A stretch of DNA of 64,000 nucleotides from an uncultured Candidatus Saccharibacteria bacterium (GTDB lineage Bacteria > Patescibacteriota > Saccharimonadia > CAILAD01 > BJGX01), in the NCBI GenBank assembly GCA_964425715.1, contig CAYRNO010000001.1, forward strand, positions 10,645-74,644, given 5' to 3'. The translations under genes and the position numbers were made by a program. Under the pieces are notes generated by a model that searched no databases, had not been told where the DNA came from, and was given only the letters and a program-made list of their open reading frames with translations. How positions within the stretch are numbered: the first letter of the stretch is position 1; the number at the start of each line of letters is the position of its first letter. This document shows, piece after piece, positions 1-9,520 of this stretch.

Positions 1-29
1 CATCACAAACATATGACTCAGTAATTAGA

Positions 30-479
30 ATGGGAGAATTATCTATGGCAAAAGAAGTATTATTTAGAGTCGGCACAGGAGGTATTATCATAAATAGTAA
101 AGACCAGATTCTTTTAGGTTTGCGTGGCTCAAAGGCTCGTGATCAACATTACAAGTGGGAGTTGCTAGGAGGGCTACTCAAAGACGGTGAGACTCCAGAA
201 GAAACTATCAAGAGAGAAGTTTTAGAAGAAGCGGGAATCAATATTGAACCCATAGACATTATTGGAACAAATGTGCGTTATGGTACTGATAATAATGAGT
301 TTTGGGTAGGCATGACTTACAAGTGTAAATATATTTCAGGAAAACCTCATGTCACTAAGTTCGATAGAGTGATAGATCATAAATGGTTGAGCTTAGAAGA
401 ATGCCTCAAGATGGATCTTACTCCTATGACACGCTATCAATTAGATCAATACAAAAGTTGGCTTAGTAGAAATTCCTAG
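30..479 (+). CDS. NUDIX hydrolase
   Basis: 149 aa; Nudix box GX5EX7REVXEEXGI present (GGLLKDGETPEETIKREVLEEAGI). Confidence 0.75.
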   Translation: MGELSMAKEVLFRVGTGGIIINSKDQILLGLRGSKARDQHYKWELLGGLLKDGETPEETIKREVLEEAGINIEPIDIIGTNVRYGTDNNEFWVGMTYKCKYISGKPHVTKFDRVIDHKWLSLEECLKMDLTPMTRYQLDQYKSWLSRNS

Positions 480-1279
480 GCTTTTTTATCTATAATCGGC
501 TCGATTTTATCGACTTGACTTAATAATTGTTCATTAGAATATTTATTTCTATCAATTTTTTTCCATCCAGAATCTGTATCTTTCATCCATGGACAAACGC
601 TTCTTACCCAGCCCAAGTAATGAGTGTTGTTTTTGCCATTTGGGTCGGTCTTGGAATAATGCAATACTTGGGTGTTATATATCTTCATGCTTGGATCTTT
701 GTCAGCTGCGATCCATTGCTCATCATTTAGATATTCTAGTTCGGCCCGCATTGCCCACATAAATTCTCCATGAGTTACTACTATTACTCGTTTGTCCGCA
801 CACTCCCGGTGAAGGGTATCAAAAAAACTCCTTACCCTCATGCGCACGTCGGCGATGGATTCACCGCCTGGAGGTCTCCAGTACAGTGCATCTATCTCTT
901 TACGGAGGGCATTATGAGGAAATATCTTCTTGAATTCAGTCAATGGGATAGCGTCTATGTCACCCCAGTCGCGTTCTCTCAAACGCTGGGATATTCGCCA
1001 TTCTGCACCCTCTATATTTAGTAGTCCCGCAGTTTCTCTGGTGCGAATATATGGTGATACATAGTATCTATCAAATTCTTTTGCTAATTCTGTTGATATC
1101 CACTCACCAGTCTTAGTAGCCTGAACCCTGCCATCATCAGTCAAGCGCCATTGATGTCCAGGTCGCTCTCTAAATTCTGGAGTATAGAAGCTATTATCTC
1201 CGAGCTTGGCGGTTTCAACCGCTAGATTACCTTCGGAGTGCCCGTGTCTTACCAGTATTAAGTCTTTTGGCATTGCCAT
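476..1279 (-). CDS. histidine phosphatase superfamily protein (phosphoglycerate-mutase-like)
   Basis: 267 aa; N-terminal LVRHGHSEGN (catalytic RHG motif); 4-nt overlap with the upstream gene. Confidence 0.65.
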   Translation of the reverse strand: MAMPKDLILVRHGHSEGNLAVETAKLGDNSFYTPEFRERPGHQWRLTDDGRVQATKTGEWISTELAKEFDRYYVSPYIRTRETAGLLNIEGAEWRISQRLRERDWGDIDAIPLTEFKKIFPHNALRKEIDALYWRPPGGESIADVRMRVRSFFDTLHRECADKRVIVVTHGEFMWAMRAELEYLNDEQWIAADKDPSMKIYNTQVLHYSKTDPNGKNNTHYLGWVRSVCPWMKDTDSGWKKIDRNKYSNEQLLSQVDKIEPIIDKKA

Positions 1280-1341
1280 AGCTTTATTATACCAAAGATA
1301 TCTTCTGTACTAATCAGCTATATCTTGTACAATTGAAATAC

Positions 1342-1417
1342 GCCCTGGTAGCTCAGTGGATAGAGCGCCGCCGTCCTAAGGCGGGCGTCGGGGGTTCGAA
1401 TCCCTCCCAGGGTACCA
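1342..1417 (+). tRNA. tRNA-Arg (anticodon CCT)
   Basis: Cloverleaf folded by hand: acceptor GCCCTGG/CCAGGGT, D-arm GCTC..GAGC, anticodon stem CCGCC/GGCGG with loop GTCCTAA, T-arm GGGGG TTCGAAT CCCTC, discriminator A, encoded CCA. Confidence 0.85.
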
Positions 1418-1476
1418 ACTTCAATTATGATTTGTAGTAGAAACTTTAGACACAACTGGTATACAATAGTAGCTAT

Positions 1477-2016
1477 ATGACAAAGAAGACCAAAAAACAT
1501 CGTGCCAAAAGTCGAGCCTTTGCTGGTCAACAAGAAGGTGAAGAAGTAATATTGGTAGCACGCAGATTTCCGATAGTTCTGCGCAGGCAGCTCATAGTTG
1601 GTATGCTGATGATAGTAGTATTTATGTTGCCCTGGGCTATCGCTACAGGCAATGACTACGGGTGGCTGATATACGCAAATTGGTTTCTATTGCTCGGTGT
1701 ACTTGTGCTTGGGTTTTATTGGTTGAGAACTTGGGTTAGTTGGTATTACACAGTATATGTACTTACAAGCTATAGGATAATGATTGTAAAGACTACTGGG
1801 TTTTTTGGCAGAGAAGTTAGTGAACTTGCACTTTCGAATGTCCAGAATGTCAACTACAAGATTAAGGGTATGCAAGCTTCTGTATTTGGATTTGGAGATG
1901 TGGTTGTGGAGACATTATCAGGTGGTGAACCCCTTCAGCTCAACTATATACATAAGCCTGTTCAATTTCAGCAGGCAGTACTTGAAGTAGTACGTCGAGA
2001 AGGCTTGGACAAATAA
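1477..2016 (+). CDS. membrane protein with bacterial PH (bPH_2 / YdbT-like) domain
   Basis: 179 aa; basic N-terminus, two predicted TM helices, then a YdbS/YdbT-like PH region (SYRIMIVKTTGFFGREV...NVQNV...KGMQASVFGFGDVVVET). Confidence 0.45.
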   Translation: MTKKTKKHRAKSRAFAGQQEGEEVILVARRFPIVLRRQLIVGMLMIVVFMLPWAIATGNDYGWLIYANWFLLLGVLVLGFYWLRTWVSWYYTVYVLTSYRIMIVKTTGFFGREVSELALSNVQNVNYKIKGMQASVFGFGDVVVETLSGGEPLQLNYIHKPVQFQQAVLEVVRREGLDK

Positions 2017-2075
2017 CATTTCAGTGTGTATCATATGTATAAGTCGAAATAAATTACGGAGTAAATAAAACTATT

Positions 2076-3158
2076 ATGCCCAAGGATCCAGACATCAAAA
2101 CGTCAAAGAGTAAATCGAAAACTAAATCAACTAAAACATCTAGTAGCACCAAGAAGACTAGTCATCTGGCTAGAAAAGGCGCCAGTGCCAAAGCTGCAAT
2201 CTCCCAAAAAAGCCTTTCTTTCAAGCAAAAGCTTTCAAAACTGGGTGTAGATCCCAAGAAGAATAAAAAAACCATTCGCAATGTTGGCATAATTGCTCTG
2301 GTTGCTTTATTAGTTACTATTACTGTATTCGGAGTACTAATTTACAAATATAAGGTTGCAAATAGAGCAGTCAAGATCGCCAGTAAGGTAGTGCCTTATC
2401 CAGTATCTAGTGTCAATGGCAATATTATATGGAATACCACTAGTTACAATGATTATCTGTTCGAATTAGCCTCAGCTCAAAAATATTTTGCTTCACAAAA
2501 TCAAGACTTCAACTCAGAAGAGGGTAAGAAACAACTTCAACAATTCAAAGAAGAGTTAATCACTCAGCTTGAAAATGAGTTGATAGTCAAACAACAAGCT
2601 GCTAAATATGGCATCAATGTCTCCGGCAAGGAAGTAAATGAGAAATTTGACCAACTAGTCAAGGATGCGGGTGGAATTGACCAAGTAAAAAGAACTCTCG
2701 ACAAGCTATATGGATGGTCAACAGATGACTTCAAGAACAAAATTAGAGAGCAATTAGTACGACAGAAGTTGGCCGACAAGGTTCTAGCCGATCCAGCCCT
2801 AACAGAACCTGCCAAGAAACAAGCTGAGTCAATACTAGCTCAGATTCAAGCTGGTGGAGATTTTGCTACTCTAGCCAAGCAATATAGTACAGACGGAAGT
2901 GCTGCCAATGGTGGTGATTTAGGATTGTTTGGTAAGGGTCAATTGGTGCCAGAATTTGAAGCTGCTGCGTATGCATTGGAGCCAGGTCAAGTAAGCGGAG
3001 TAGTGAAGACACAATATGGCTATCACATCATAAAAGTCACAGAGAAAAATGGAGATCAGGTGCGAGCCTCTCATATTCTTATCAAAGGTGTAGATTTTGA
3101 AAGTTGGCTACGTGATCAACGCAACCAAGCCAAGATTGTTCAGTACTTCCAGCCCTAG
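2076..3158 (+). CDS. PpiC-type peptidyl-prolyl cis-trans isomerase (parvulin; PrsA/SurA-like), membrane anchored
   Basis: 360 aa; K/S/T-rich N-terminal tail, one TM helix, C-terminal parvulin domain ([43 protein letters not shown]). Confidence 0.75.
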   Translation: MPKDPDIKTSKSKSKTKSTKTSSSTKKTSHLARKGASAKAAISQKSLSFKQKLSKLGVDPKKNKKTIRNVGIIALVALLVTITVFGVLIYKYKVANRAVKIASKVVPYPVSSVNGNIIWNTTSYNDYLFELASAQKYFASQNQDFNSEEGKKQLQQFKEELITQLENELIVKQQAAKYGINVSGKEVNEKFDQLVKDAGGIDQVKRTLDKLYGWSTDDFKNKIREQLVRQKLADKVLADPALTEPAKKQAESILAQIQAGGDFATLAKQYSTDGSAANGGDLGLFGKGQLVPEFEAAAYALEPGQVSGVVKTQYGYHIIKVTEKNGDQVRASHILIKGVDFESWLRDQRNQAKIVQYFQP

Positions 3159-3440
3159 ACCAACATCAGATCCGTTCAAAATCACTCGTTTATAGGCGAG
3201 TGATTTTGTTTAAGATTAATACTTATGCTAAACTACAATTATTAAGAGGCTGAATAATGTTAATAAACAACAAACACACTACATGGTCATCATTCCAAAA
3301 AAGCCTAGAAACTGCGCAGGAAGGTAGTTTTTAAGCTTATTTATTAGAATTCACATATCATATCTCAAAGACTGCCTTCTCGGGCAGTTTTTTGATTATA
3401 GCCTGAGAGTACCTATACATTCCAAACAAAGGAGCATATC

Positions 3441-3926
3441 ATGCAAGATTTTTCTTACGTGGGCAGGTGCCCTTACGACAACACAGCGGTTGATTCTACC
3501 GAAGGCTGGAATGGTCAGATGTGGTTTTGCCAGAAAGGCCATGAGTGGCAGGATTATAGTGACATTGCGGTACAAAGTAGATGTGAAGGAACATTTAAGT
3601 ATGGTATCAATCAAGATCTACAGCACTCCATATGCCAATGGTGTGGCCAAATAGTGGAGCACATACCATTTTTCCACTTTGAATACGCAGGGCTTATGAA
3701 ATATCACGAGATGAGCCAGCCGTCTACTTGTGGACTAGAGATGGGTGAATGGTTTCATGTCAGCGAGCACCGCGAAATGATAGATGTAGAGTGTGACGGC
3801 TGCTATCGTTCGTTTGAACAGGGTCAGATAGGCGAGGTAGTTGTAGATCGATTGAGTCATCTAGGATACAAGATACATTGTGGTTGCTGGACTAAATTAG
3901 TCCGAAACATCGATAGGAGAACCTGA
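3441..3926 (+). CDS. cysteine/histidine-rich hypothetical protein (putative Zn-binding)
   Basis: 161 aa; many CxxC/CxH pairs (CQWCGQ, CDGCY, HCGCW); local GC clearly above the window background; stop overlaps the start of the next gene (ATGA). Confidence 0.4.
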   Translation: MQDFSYVGRCPYDNTAVDSTEGWNGQMWFCQKGHEWQDYSDIAVQSRCEGTFKYGINQDLQHSICQWCGQIVEHIPFFHFEYAGLMKYHEMSQPSTCGLEMGEWFHVSEHREMIDVECDGCYRSFEQGQIGEVVVDRLSHLGYKIHCGCWTKLVRNIDRRT

Positions 3927-4561
3927 TGGAAATCTTCTTACCTACATTTGGTCCCGAGAACATGGTTAAAGATACTATCAAGCTTGGCTATAGCTTTGAC
4001 ACTCAAGTACTTACCAGGGCATTCTACCTAGATTTGGCTAAAGAAGTATCTGGTGGGCCTTTTGAAGAATTCTTGGATGTATCACTAGGTGTATACCAGA
4101 AGTTTGCTGTTTTCTCACCAGACTATTTCAGCCCTGATACTCGCAATAGGTTTCCACTGCTTAGGGAGTTGGGAGATGCTATTGGCGCTATTGTACGCTC
4201 AAATGCAGCTCAGAATGTACCTCTTCGTAGCTGGCAGCCCAATGATGTTGCTGTGCAGAAGTATTCAGGCAGATACGACGGTATAGGCAGACACCGTGAT
4301 TTCGCTAGTGATATACATCTCGTAGCATCTTTTACGGTGAAGGGGACTGGTGAGATAGGTATACATGACAGACGAGAAGATCCTAACGCAAGCAAGTTTA
4401 TTCAAACTTCTCCCGGAAGCTTATTGCTTCTTAGAGCTCCTGGATTGGTGGAGTCAGATGAAGATCTGCGCATTACTCACTCGGTAAGATCCCCGTATTC
4501 TTCACCTAGAATATCAGTTACTTATCGTCTTGCGACGCTGTTGGGGCTGAAAGGAGCATAA
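3926..4561 (+). CDS. AlkB-like 2OG-Fe(II) dioxygenase
   Basis: 211 aa; HRD...H facial triad (HRDFASD ... ITHSVRS), jelly-roll segment (SPGSLLLLRAP) and AlkB-type C-terminal RISVTYRL (cf. RINLTFR). Confidence 0.5.
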   Translation: MEIFLPTFGPENMVKDTIKLGYSFDTQVLTRAFYLDLAKEVSGGPFEEFLDVSLGVYQKFAVFSPDYFSPDTRNRFPLLRELGDAIGAIVRSNAAQNVPLRSWQPNDVAVQKYSGRYDGIGRHRDFASDIHLVASFTVKGTGEIGIHDRREDPNASKFIQTSPGSLLLLRAPGLVESDEDLRITHSVRSPYSSPRISVTYRLATLLGLKGA

Positions 4562-4726
4562 AAAGAATAAATAATGTATACAGTATAGGCGATTTAGAAT
4601 ATGCCTCTAATAAAGCAAATATTGTAATGTTGGTTTCACAGATCTAAATACAGACTCTAGATACTACTAGGGTCTGTTTTCTTGTATATTTGTCAATATT
4701 TTGCTAAGATTATCTGGTTAGCGCAT

Positions 4727-4803
4727 GGGCTCGTGGTGTAGAGGCCTAACACGCCTCCCTGTCACGGAGGAGATCGCCGGTTCAAATCCGGTCGGGCCCG
4801 CCA
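4727..4803 (+). tRNA. tRNA-Asp (anticodon GTC)
   Basis: Hand-folded cloverleaf: acceptor GGGCTCG/CGGGCCC, anticodon stem CCTCC/GGAGG with loop CTGTCAC, T-arm GCCGG TTCAAAT CCGGT, discriminator G, CCA. Confidence 0.85.
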
Positions 4804-4841
4804 AAGAAAGTGCCTCAGCAAAGCTGGGGTATTTTCTTTGG
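4801..4841 (+). terminator. stem-loop immediately after tRNA-Asp (CCAAAGAAA ... TTTCTTTGG, 9-bp stem)
   Basis: Perfect 9-bp inverted repeat beginning in the tRNA CCA end. Confidence 0.4.
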
Positions 4842-5051
4842 TAGATGCTATTAGTATTGAACTGGCATAGATCACAGCTCGCCGGTTAGACATAAACATA
4901 GTATTATGTCACTATCCGGTACGAGCCAATTAAAATCCAAAAGATTAGATGTAGTTTTCAGTTATCCTTGATAGAAGTATCATCTTGCCCATGCTTTTAT
5001 ATTCTCGCGTTTAGTGTTTAAATATAAGCTGTTAATGCACCTAAAGGAGGC

Positions 5052-5582
5052 GTGATGAAGGTAAAACCAGTAGTACCTACCTGGATGGTATCGGAGGCCA
5101 ACAAGATTTTCTTCGAAATGCTCTGGAACCATGGATACAGAGGTATCCTTTGGGACCTCGAACGGACTCTGATACCACTTGGTTACAGAAGTATGACAGA
5201 ATATGCATTGCAGGTAGTGGAAATGGCAAGATCAGCAGGATTCGTACAGACTTGCTGTACTAATTCCGAATATCCATATGGAAATGATGTTCTCCGGCAT
5301 TTCTGTCACCACTTAGCTCAGCCGGATTCCGATAACGGCATTCTCAAGAAGCCCGATCCCTCCATATTCCTTCTGGGTTGCGAGATTCTCGACCTAGAGC
5401 CTGAGAAAGTCGTGATGGTGGGTGACAAGCTGCTATTCGATACCAGCCCAGCTGCTGCTCTTGGTATGGGTACAGTATTGGTCAATCCGCTTCCTGGTCA
5501 TGATGTGTGGGCCGAATATCTGGCGTTTCGTCGTACTCGAGAGCGCATGGCGCTCAGGCAACTTGGTATCAAAAGACCATAA
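5052..5582 (+). CDS. HAD-superfamily phosphatase (YqeG-like, subfamily IIIA)
   Basis: 176 aa; HAD motifs (ILWDLERTL ... KKPDPSIFLLGCEIL ... VVMVGDKLLFD); elevated local GC; SD AAAGGAGG upstream. Confidence 0.6.
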   Translation: MMKVKPVVPTWMVSEANKIFFEMLWNHGYRGILWDLERTLIPLGYRSMTEYALQVVEMARSAGFVQTCCTNSEYPYGNDVLRHFCHHLAQPDSDNGILKKPDPSIFLLGCEILDLEPEKVVMVGDKLLFDTSPAAALGMGTVLVNPLPGHDVWAEYLAFRRTRERMALRQLGIKRP

Positions 5583-5603
5583 TATAAATATCGTTACATT
5601 GAG

Positions 5604-5640
5604 CCCCAGATAAGCCTAATCTATCTGGGGTTAAATTATT
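5604..5640 (+). terminator. rho-independent terminator after the HAD gene
   Basis: CCCCAGATA-loop-TATCTGGGG followed by TTAAATTATTT. Confidence 0.55.
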
Positions 5641-5659
5641 TACAAACACAAGCGTGTTG

Positions 5660-5688
5660 TTGACATTTATGAATATTTTTGCTAATAT
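5660..5688 (+). promoter_or_regulatory. sigma70-type promoter (TTGACA-17-TAATAT)
   Basis: Consensus -35 TTGACA, 17-nt spacer, -10 TAATAT; about 145 nt upstream of the small ORF at 5834. Confidence 0.5.
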
Positions 5689-5833
5689 AGGGTTAACTTC
5701 TAGAGATGGAGTTCAGAAGTATGTAAACTTCCTACAAGAAGTGTGCAGCTTGGAGGGTGTTTATATCTTTTTGTAGTCAATACAAAAAGAAAAACTAAAA
5801 TTTAATAAAAATAAAAACAAAAGGAGGGCAACC

Positions 5834-6079
5834 ATGCAAGTTGCAATGTTAACATATTATCAAGTCACCAGACCACGTAAGGTAAAGGTGAGGGTGGTAA
5901 AGGCTCATGAACATGTGCCTTATTTGGGTAGTGAAAATGTAATTGATATAAGAGCTTTATCTCAGCAAGGCAAGTCTAGATTTGGGAGATCATTCTTCTT
6001 AAGTCCTAATGAGAGAAAAATCACCGAATACGAAGCTTGGCAAAAGCTATCCAAGAGACTCAAAAAACGCATAGTCTAA
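5834..6079 (+). CDS. small basic hypothetical protein
   Basis: 81 aa; strong SD AAAGGAGGG 6 nt upstream of the ATG; lysine/arginine rich; no family recognised. Confidence 0.4.
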   Translation: MQVAMLTYYQVTRPRKVKVRVVKAHEHVPYLGSENVIDIRALSQQGKSRFGRSFFLSPNERKITEYEAWQKLSKRLKKRIV

Positions 6080-6229
6080 TATTTTAACAGGTAGTACATG
6101 CTAAAATAAAAGTGGTCATAAATAGACCGCTTTTGTTTTAGTAAATTGAATCTAATTCACAAATATGTTATTGAGGCTCTGAAAATTCTTACTTTAGAGC
6201 CTAATAAGCTCGAATGCGCATGTCGAAGC

Positions 6230-6305
6230 GCCACCTTAGCTCAGTTGGTAGAGCGATGCTTTCGTAAAGCATAGGTCATCGGTTCGATCCCGGTAGGTGG
6301 CTCCA
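6230..6305 (+). tRNA. tRNA-Thr (anticodon CGT)
   Basis: Acceptor GCCACCT/AGGTGGC, D-arm GCTC AGTTGGTA GAGC, anticodon stem ATGCT/AGCAT with loop TTCGTAA, T-arm ATCGG TTCGATC CCGGT, discriminator T, CCA. Confidence 0.85.
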
Positions 6306-6365
6306 ATAAGATATCTTCAGCTATTAAATATATCTAATTCTAAGAGTATAATAGATACAACACTT

Positions 6366-6752
6366 ATGAATATTTTTAAAAAACTTAGTAAAGACTTAAA
6401 AGATCAGAATTTCTTCAAAGATAGTTGGTTGGTAGTGTTGCTTATCGCAACCTTGTTGGGTGATGCATTTATTATCATATGGTCAGCTACGCATATAAAA
6501 AATATAGGTATTGATATACCAATAAGATTTACTTCACTTTCAAACTTTGATCAGTTAGGTGCGTGGTATAGTTTGTATGAAATAGCGATTATTAGTATGA
6601 TAGTCACTCTTATAAACCTTTTTTTAGCCATTATTTTGCACAAGAAGAACAGAATACTCAGTATCTTTTTGACTGTTACAACACTTATGATAGTGATCCT
6701 TGCTATAGCAATATTACTAGGATTTACGGTGATAAAATATGGCGCAAACTAA
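6366..6752 (+). CDS. small polytopic membrane protein (hypothetical)
   Basis: Reported ORF 6297 starts inside tRNA-Thr; the first plausible start is the Met at 6366 (MNIFKK...); 3-4 hydrophobic helices; overlaps the downstream GT2 gene start. Confidence 0.4.
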   Translation: MNIFKKLSKDLKDQNFFKDSWLVVLLIATLLGDAFIIIWSATHIKNIGIDIPIRFTSLSNFDQLGAWYSLYEIAIISMIVTLINLFLAIILHKKNRILSIFLTVTTLMIVILAIAILLGFTVIKYGAN

Positions 6753-8403
6753 TACAGAAACATTAAATACAGCTACGAGCTATGTTGATTCAAGATGGTT
6801 TTATAGACTACTAGAGATTATCCCAGGTTCTCTTACTTGGTTACTCTTATTAGCTCCAATCATTTTGAGTTTTTTCTATCCTGTTGCAGTAGCTTACTTC
6901 ATAATTGCTTTTGATATATTCTGGTTGCTCAAGTCAATCAGGATGAGCTTCTCCTTGGTAAGGGGTCATCAAAAGAGTCAAGAGACAGAATCTATCAATT
7001 GGAGTAATAGGCTACTGGAGCTATCAAATATCGAAAGTTCACTAAAAAGTACCACTAAACATTTGGACATGGCCATCAACAGAAAAGCACCAAGGTCGTA
7101 CATTAAAAGCCTCAAGAAGGAAGTAGATAGACTACAGCTACTTGCTGATCATCAAACTATATTATTTGATCCCAGCAGGATTACGCATTGTATCATTATG
7201 CCTTTGTATAATGAGTCGATTGAAGTCATCAGACCCGCCATAGATGCTTTAGCCAAATCAGATTATGATCCCAAGAAGATACTATTTGTTTTTTCCTATG
7301 AACAAAGAGGCGGTGCATCATCTAAGGCAACAGCTATGCAATTGGAAAAAGAATTTAAACATAGCTTTGGTGAGTACGTTACCTATATGCACCCGGATGG
7401 CATAGTCGGTGAACTGAAGGGAAAAGGGGCAAATATTAGCTTTGCTGGCAGAAAAATTCTTCAAAGTATCAAGAAACGAGGTATTCCGACTCAAGATGTG
7501 GTTGTAACCACTCTAGACTGTGATCATAGGGTACACCCCGAATACTTAAGTCGTCTTACATATGCATACTGCACAAACCCCAATCGTAGGCATAGTTCAT
7601 TCCAGCCACTGGCATTGTTTAACAACAACATCTGGGACGTTCCGGCTCCTATGAGGGTAATTGCCACAAGTAATTCATTTTGGGTAATGATAGAAAGCGT
7701 AAGACAAGGTAGACTGCGGAATTTCGCTTCACATGCCCAAAGTCTAGATGCGTTGGAGGACACAGATTTCTGGTCTATAACTAGCCCAGTAGAAGACGGG
7801 CACCAATTTTATCGTAGTTATTTTGCTTTTAATGGAGATTACATGGTAGAACCATTGTTCATACCGATATATCAAGATGCTGTATTGGCAGGAACTTACC
7901 CTAGAACATTTACGGCTCAATTCAAACAACTTCAGCGATGGGCATATGGAATAAGTGACTTTCCTTATGTAGTGAAAAATTCTATCAAGAACAAAGAAAT
8001 ACCCTTAGGTAACAAGTTGATACAGATTGGCCGATTGCTAGAAGGCCATATCAGCTGGTCTACAGCACCTTTGATACTAACTTTTGCGGCATGGGCGCCA
8101 CTGTATCTCAATGTATCTTTCAATAAACAAGCTTTGGCTCACCAACTTCCGATAGTCGCATCCAATATTTTGACATTGGCTACCGTTGGATTGTTTGTGA
8201 CTATATGGATTAGTTTTATAATGTTGCCAAAGCGACCACCTCATCATGGAAGATACAAGATAATATTTATGATCTTGCAGTGGGTGCTTGTTCCAATTAC
8301 GGCTATAGAATTTGGAGCATTTGCAGCGATAAGTGCACAGACTAGACTGATGCTTGGTAAGTATCTCGGATTTACTGTAACTGAAAAGGCTGTCAAGAAA
8401 TGA
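6739..8403 (+). CDS. family 2 glycosyltransferase, membrane-integrated (cellulose/chitin-synthase-like, QxxRW)
   Basis: 554 aa; N-terminal TM helices, TLDCDH (D,D,D block), QLQRWAYG (Q(Q/R)xRW) motif, C-terminal TM helices. Confidence 0.65.
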   Translation: MAQTNTETLNTATSYVDSRWFYRLLEIIPGSLTWLLLLAPIILSFFYPVAVAYFIIAFDIFWLLKSIRMSFSLVRGHQKSQETESINWSNRLLELSNIESSLKSTTKHLDMAINRKAPRSYIKSLKKEVDRLQLLADHQTILFDPSRITHCIIMPLYNESIEVIRPAIDALAKSDYDPKKILFVFSYEQRGGASSKATAMQLEKEFKHSFGEYVTYMHPDGIVGELKGKGANISFAGRKILQSIKKRGIPTQDVVVTTLDCDHRVHPEYLSRLTYAYCTNPNRRHSSFQPLALFNNNIWDVPAPMRVIATSNSFWVMIESVRQGRLRNFASHAQSLDALEDTDFWSITSPVEDGHQFYRSYFAFNGDYMVEPLFIPIYQDAVLAGTYPRTFTAQFKQLQRWAYGISDFPYVVKNSIKNKEIPLGNKLIQIGRLLEGHISWSTAPLILTFAAWAPLYLNVSFNKQALAHQLPIVASNILTLATVGLFVTIWISFIMLPKRPPHHGRYKIIFMILQWVLVPITAIEFGAFAAISAQTRLMLGKYLGFTVTEKAVKK

Positions 8404-9467
8404 AATATATCATACCTGCATTTATGAGCTTTGTAATTGCAGTACTGTTAGTCCCAGTAGTAAAGAAATTCGCTTTTCATGTCGGTGCTGTAGACAAAAA
8501 GCCTGATGAGAAGAATAGTCGTAAAATACATACTAAAAATATGGCTAGGGGAGGTGGAATAGCAATATATCTAGCTTTTCTGATTACTACTCTCATTTTT
8601 TTACCTGAGCACAATCTGGGCTATTGGGGCCTTGTAGTGGCCTCCACCATAGTACTGGTGGTTGGTTTTATAGATGATATTTCACCACTCAATCCCTGGC
8701 TAAAGCTATCAGTACAAATATTTGCGGCTATATTGGCTTATAGCTTCTTCGGCATAAGAGTTGAGGCAATATCAAATCCTATGGGACAAGCAATACTTTT
8801 CGTAGACCCAGATCTTATATTCAATGTATTTAGTTATTCTATTCAGATAAATATTCTAGGACTACTACTAACAACAGTTTGGCTTGTTGGTATGACCAAT
8901 ACTATGAATTTCGTAGATGGGATAGATGGACTTTCAGGGGGTATTGCAGCAATTGCATCGATAATAATGTTCTTTTTGGCCTTAGGACTAGATATATCTC
9001 AGACTCAAACAGCTCTGATTAGTATAATACTGTTTGGGGGATGTGTTGGGTATCTATTGTACAATTTTCATCCTGCCAAGATATTCAATGGCGATTCCGG
9101 CGCATATTTTCTAGGTATGAGTCTAGGTATAATAGCTATTTTCTCAGGGGCCAAGCTCGCTACTGCTGCTCTTGTGCTTGGTGTACCTATTATAGATGCT
9201 GTATGGTCTGCAATTAGGCGAATATTGTCAGGTAAATCACCATTTACTGCAGATAGAGGTCATTTACACTTTCTCTTGCTTGATGCAGGATTTACTCAAC
9301 GACAAGCAGCATTGTTGATATATGCTATTTGTCTTATTTTTGGAGTTATTGCATTGGTAGCTTCTCCGGAGCAAAAAATTATAGCTATTTTTTGTCTCGT
9401 GCTGACTATACTCCTGCTACTTGTGTTGCTCTCAAGTGTTATCAAAAATAAACGTAGTAATAGCTAA
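8400..9467 (+). CDS. polyprenyl-phosphate HexNAc-1-phosphate transferase (MraY/WecA family)
   Basis: 355 aa; DDxxP block (GFIDDISPL), NTMNFVDGIDGLSGG and IFNGDSGAYFLG motifs; about 10 TM helices; sits in a GT2 operon (4-nt overlap), so WecA/TagO-like is favoured over MraY. Confidence 0.7.
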   Translation: MKYIIPAFMSFVIAVLLVPVVKKFAFHVGAVDKKPDEKNSRKIHTKNMARGGGIAIYLAFLITTLIFLPEHNLGYWGLVVASTIVLVVGFIDDISPLNPWLKLSVQIFAAILAYSFFGIRVEAISNPMGQAILFVDPDLIFNVFSYSIQINILGLLLTTVWLVGMTNTMNFVDGIDGLSGGIAAIASIIMFFLALGLDISQTQTALISIILFGGCVGYLLYNFHPAKIFNGDSGAYFLGMSLGIIAIFSGAKLATAALVLGVPIIDAVWSAIRRILSGKSPFTADRGHLHFLLLDAGFTQRQAALLIYAICLIFGVIALVASPEQKIIAIFCLVLTILLLLVLLSSVIKNKRSNS

Positions 9468-9520
9468 TTGACCCTGTTGGATAACTATGCTATGATTTGT
9501 TGTAAGAGGGTATTTAAGAA

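Noticed and set aside
527-1021. Two plus-strand ORFs (527-730, 770-1021)
   Set aside because: Both lie antisense inside the well-supported histidine-phosphatase gene (476-1279 minus strand), with no SD and unusual composition.
1318-1533. 71-aa minus-strand ORF
   Set aside because: It completely overlaps tRNA-Arg (1342-1417) on the opposite strand and has no start context; it is an artefact of the ORF scan.
6297-6365. 5' extension of the membrane-protein ORF (MAPIRYLQLLNISNSK...)
   Set aside because: It overlaps the 3' end of tRNA-Thr on the same strand; the real start must lie downstream (Met at 6366).
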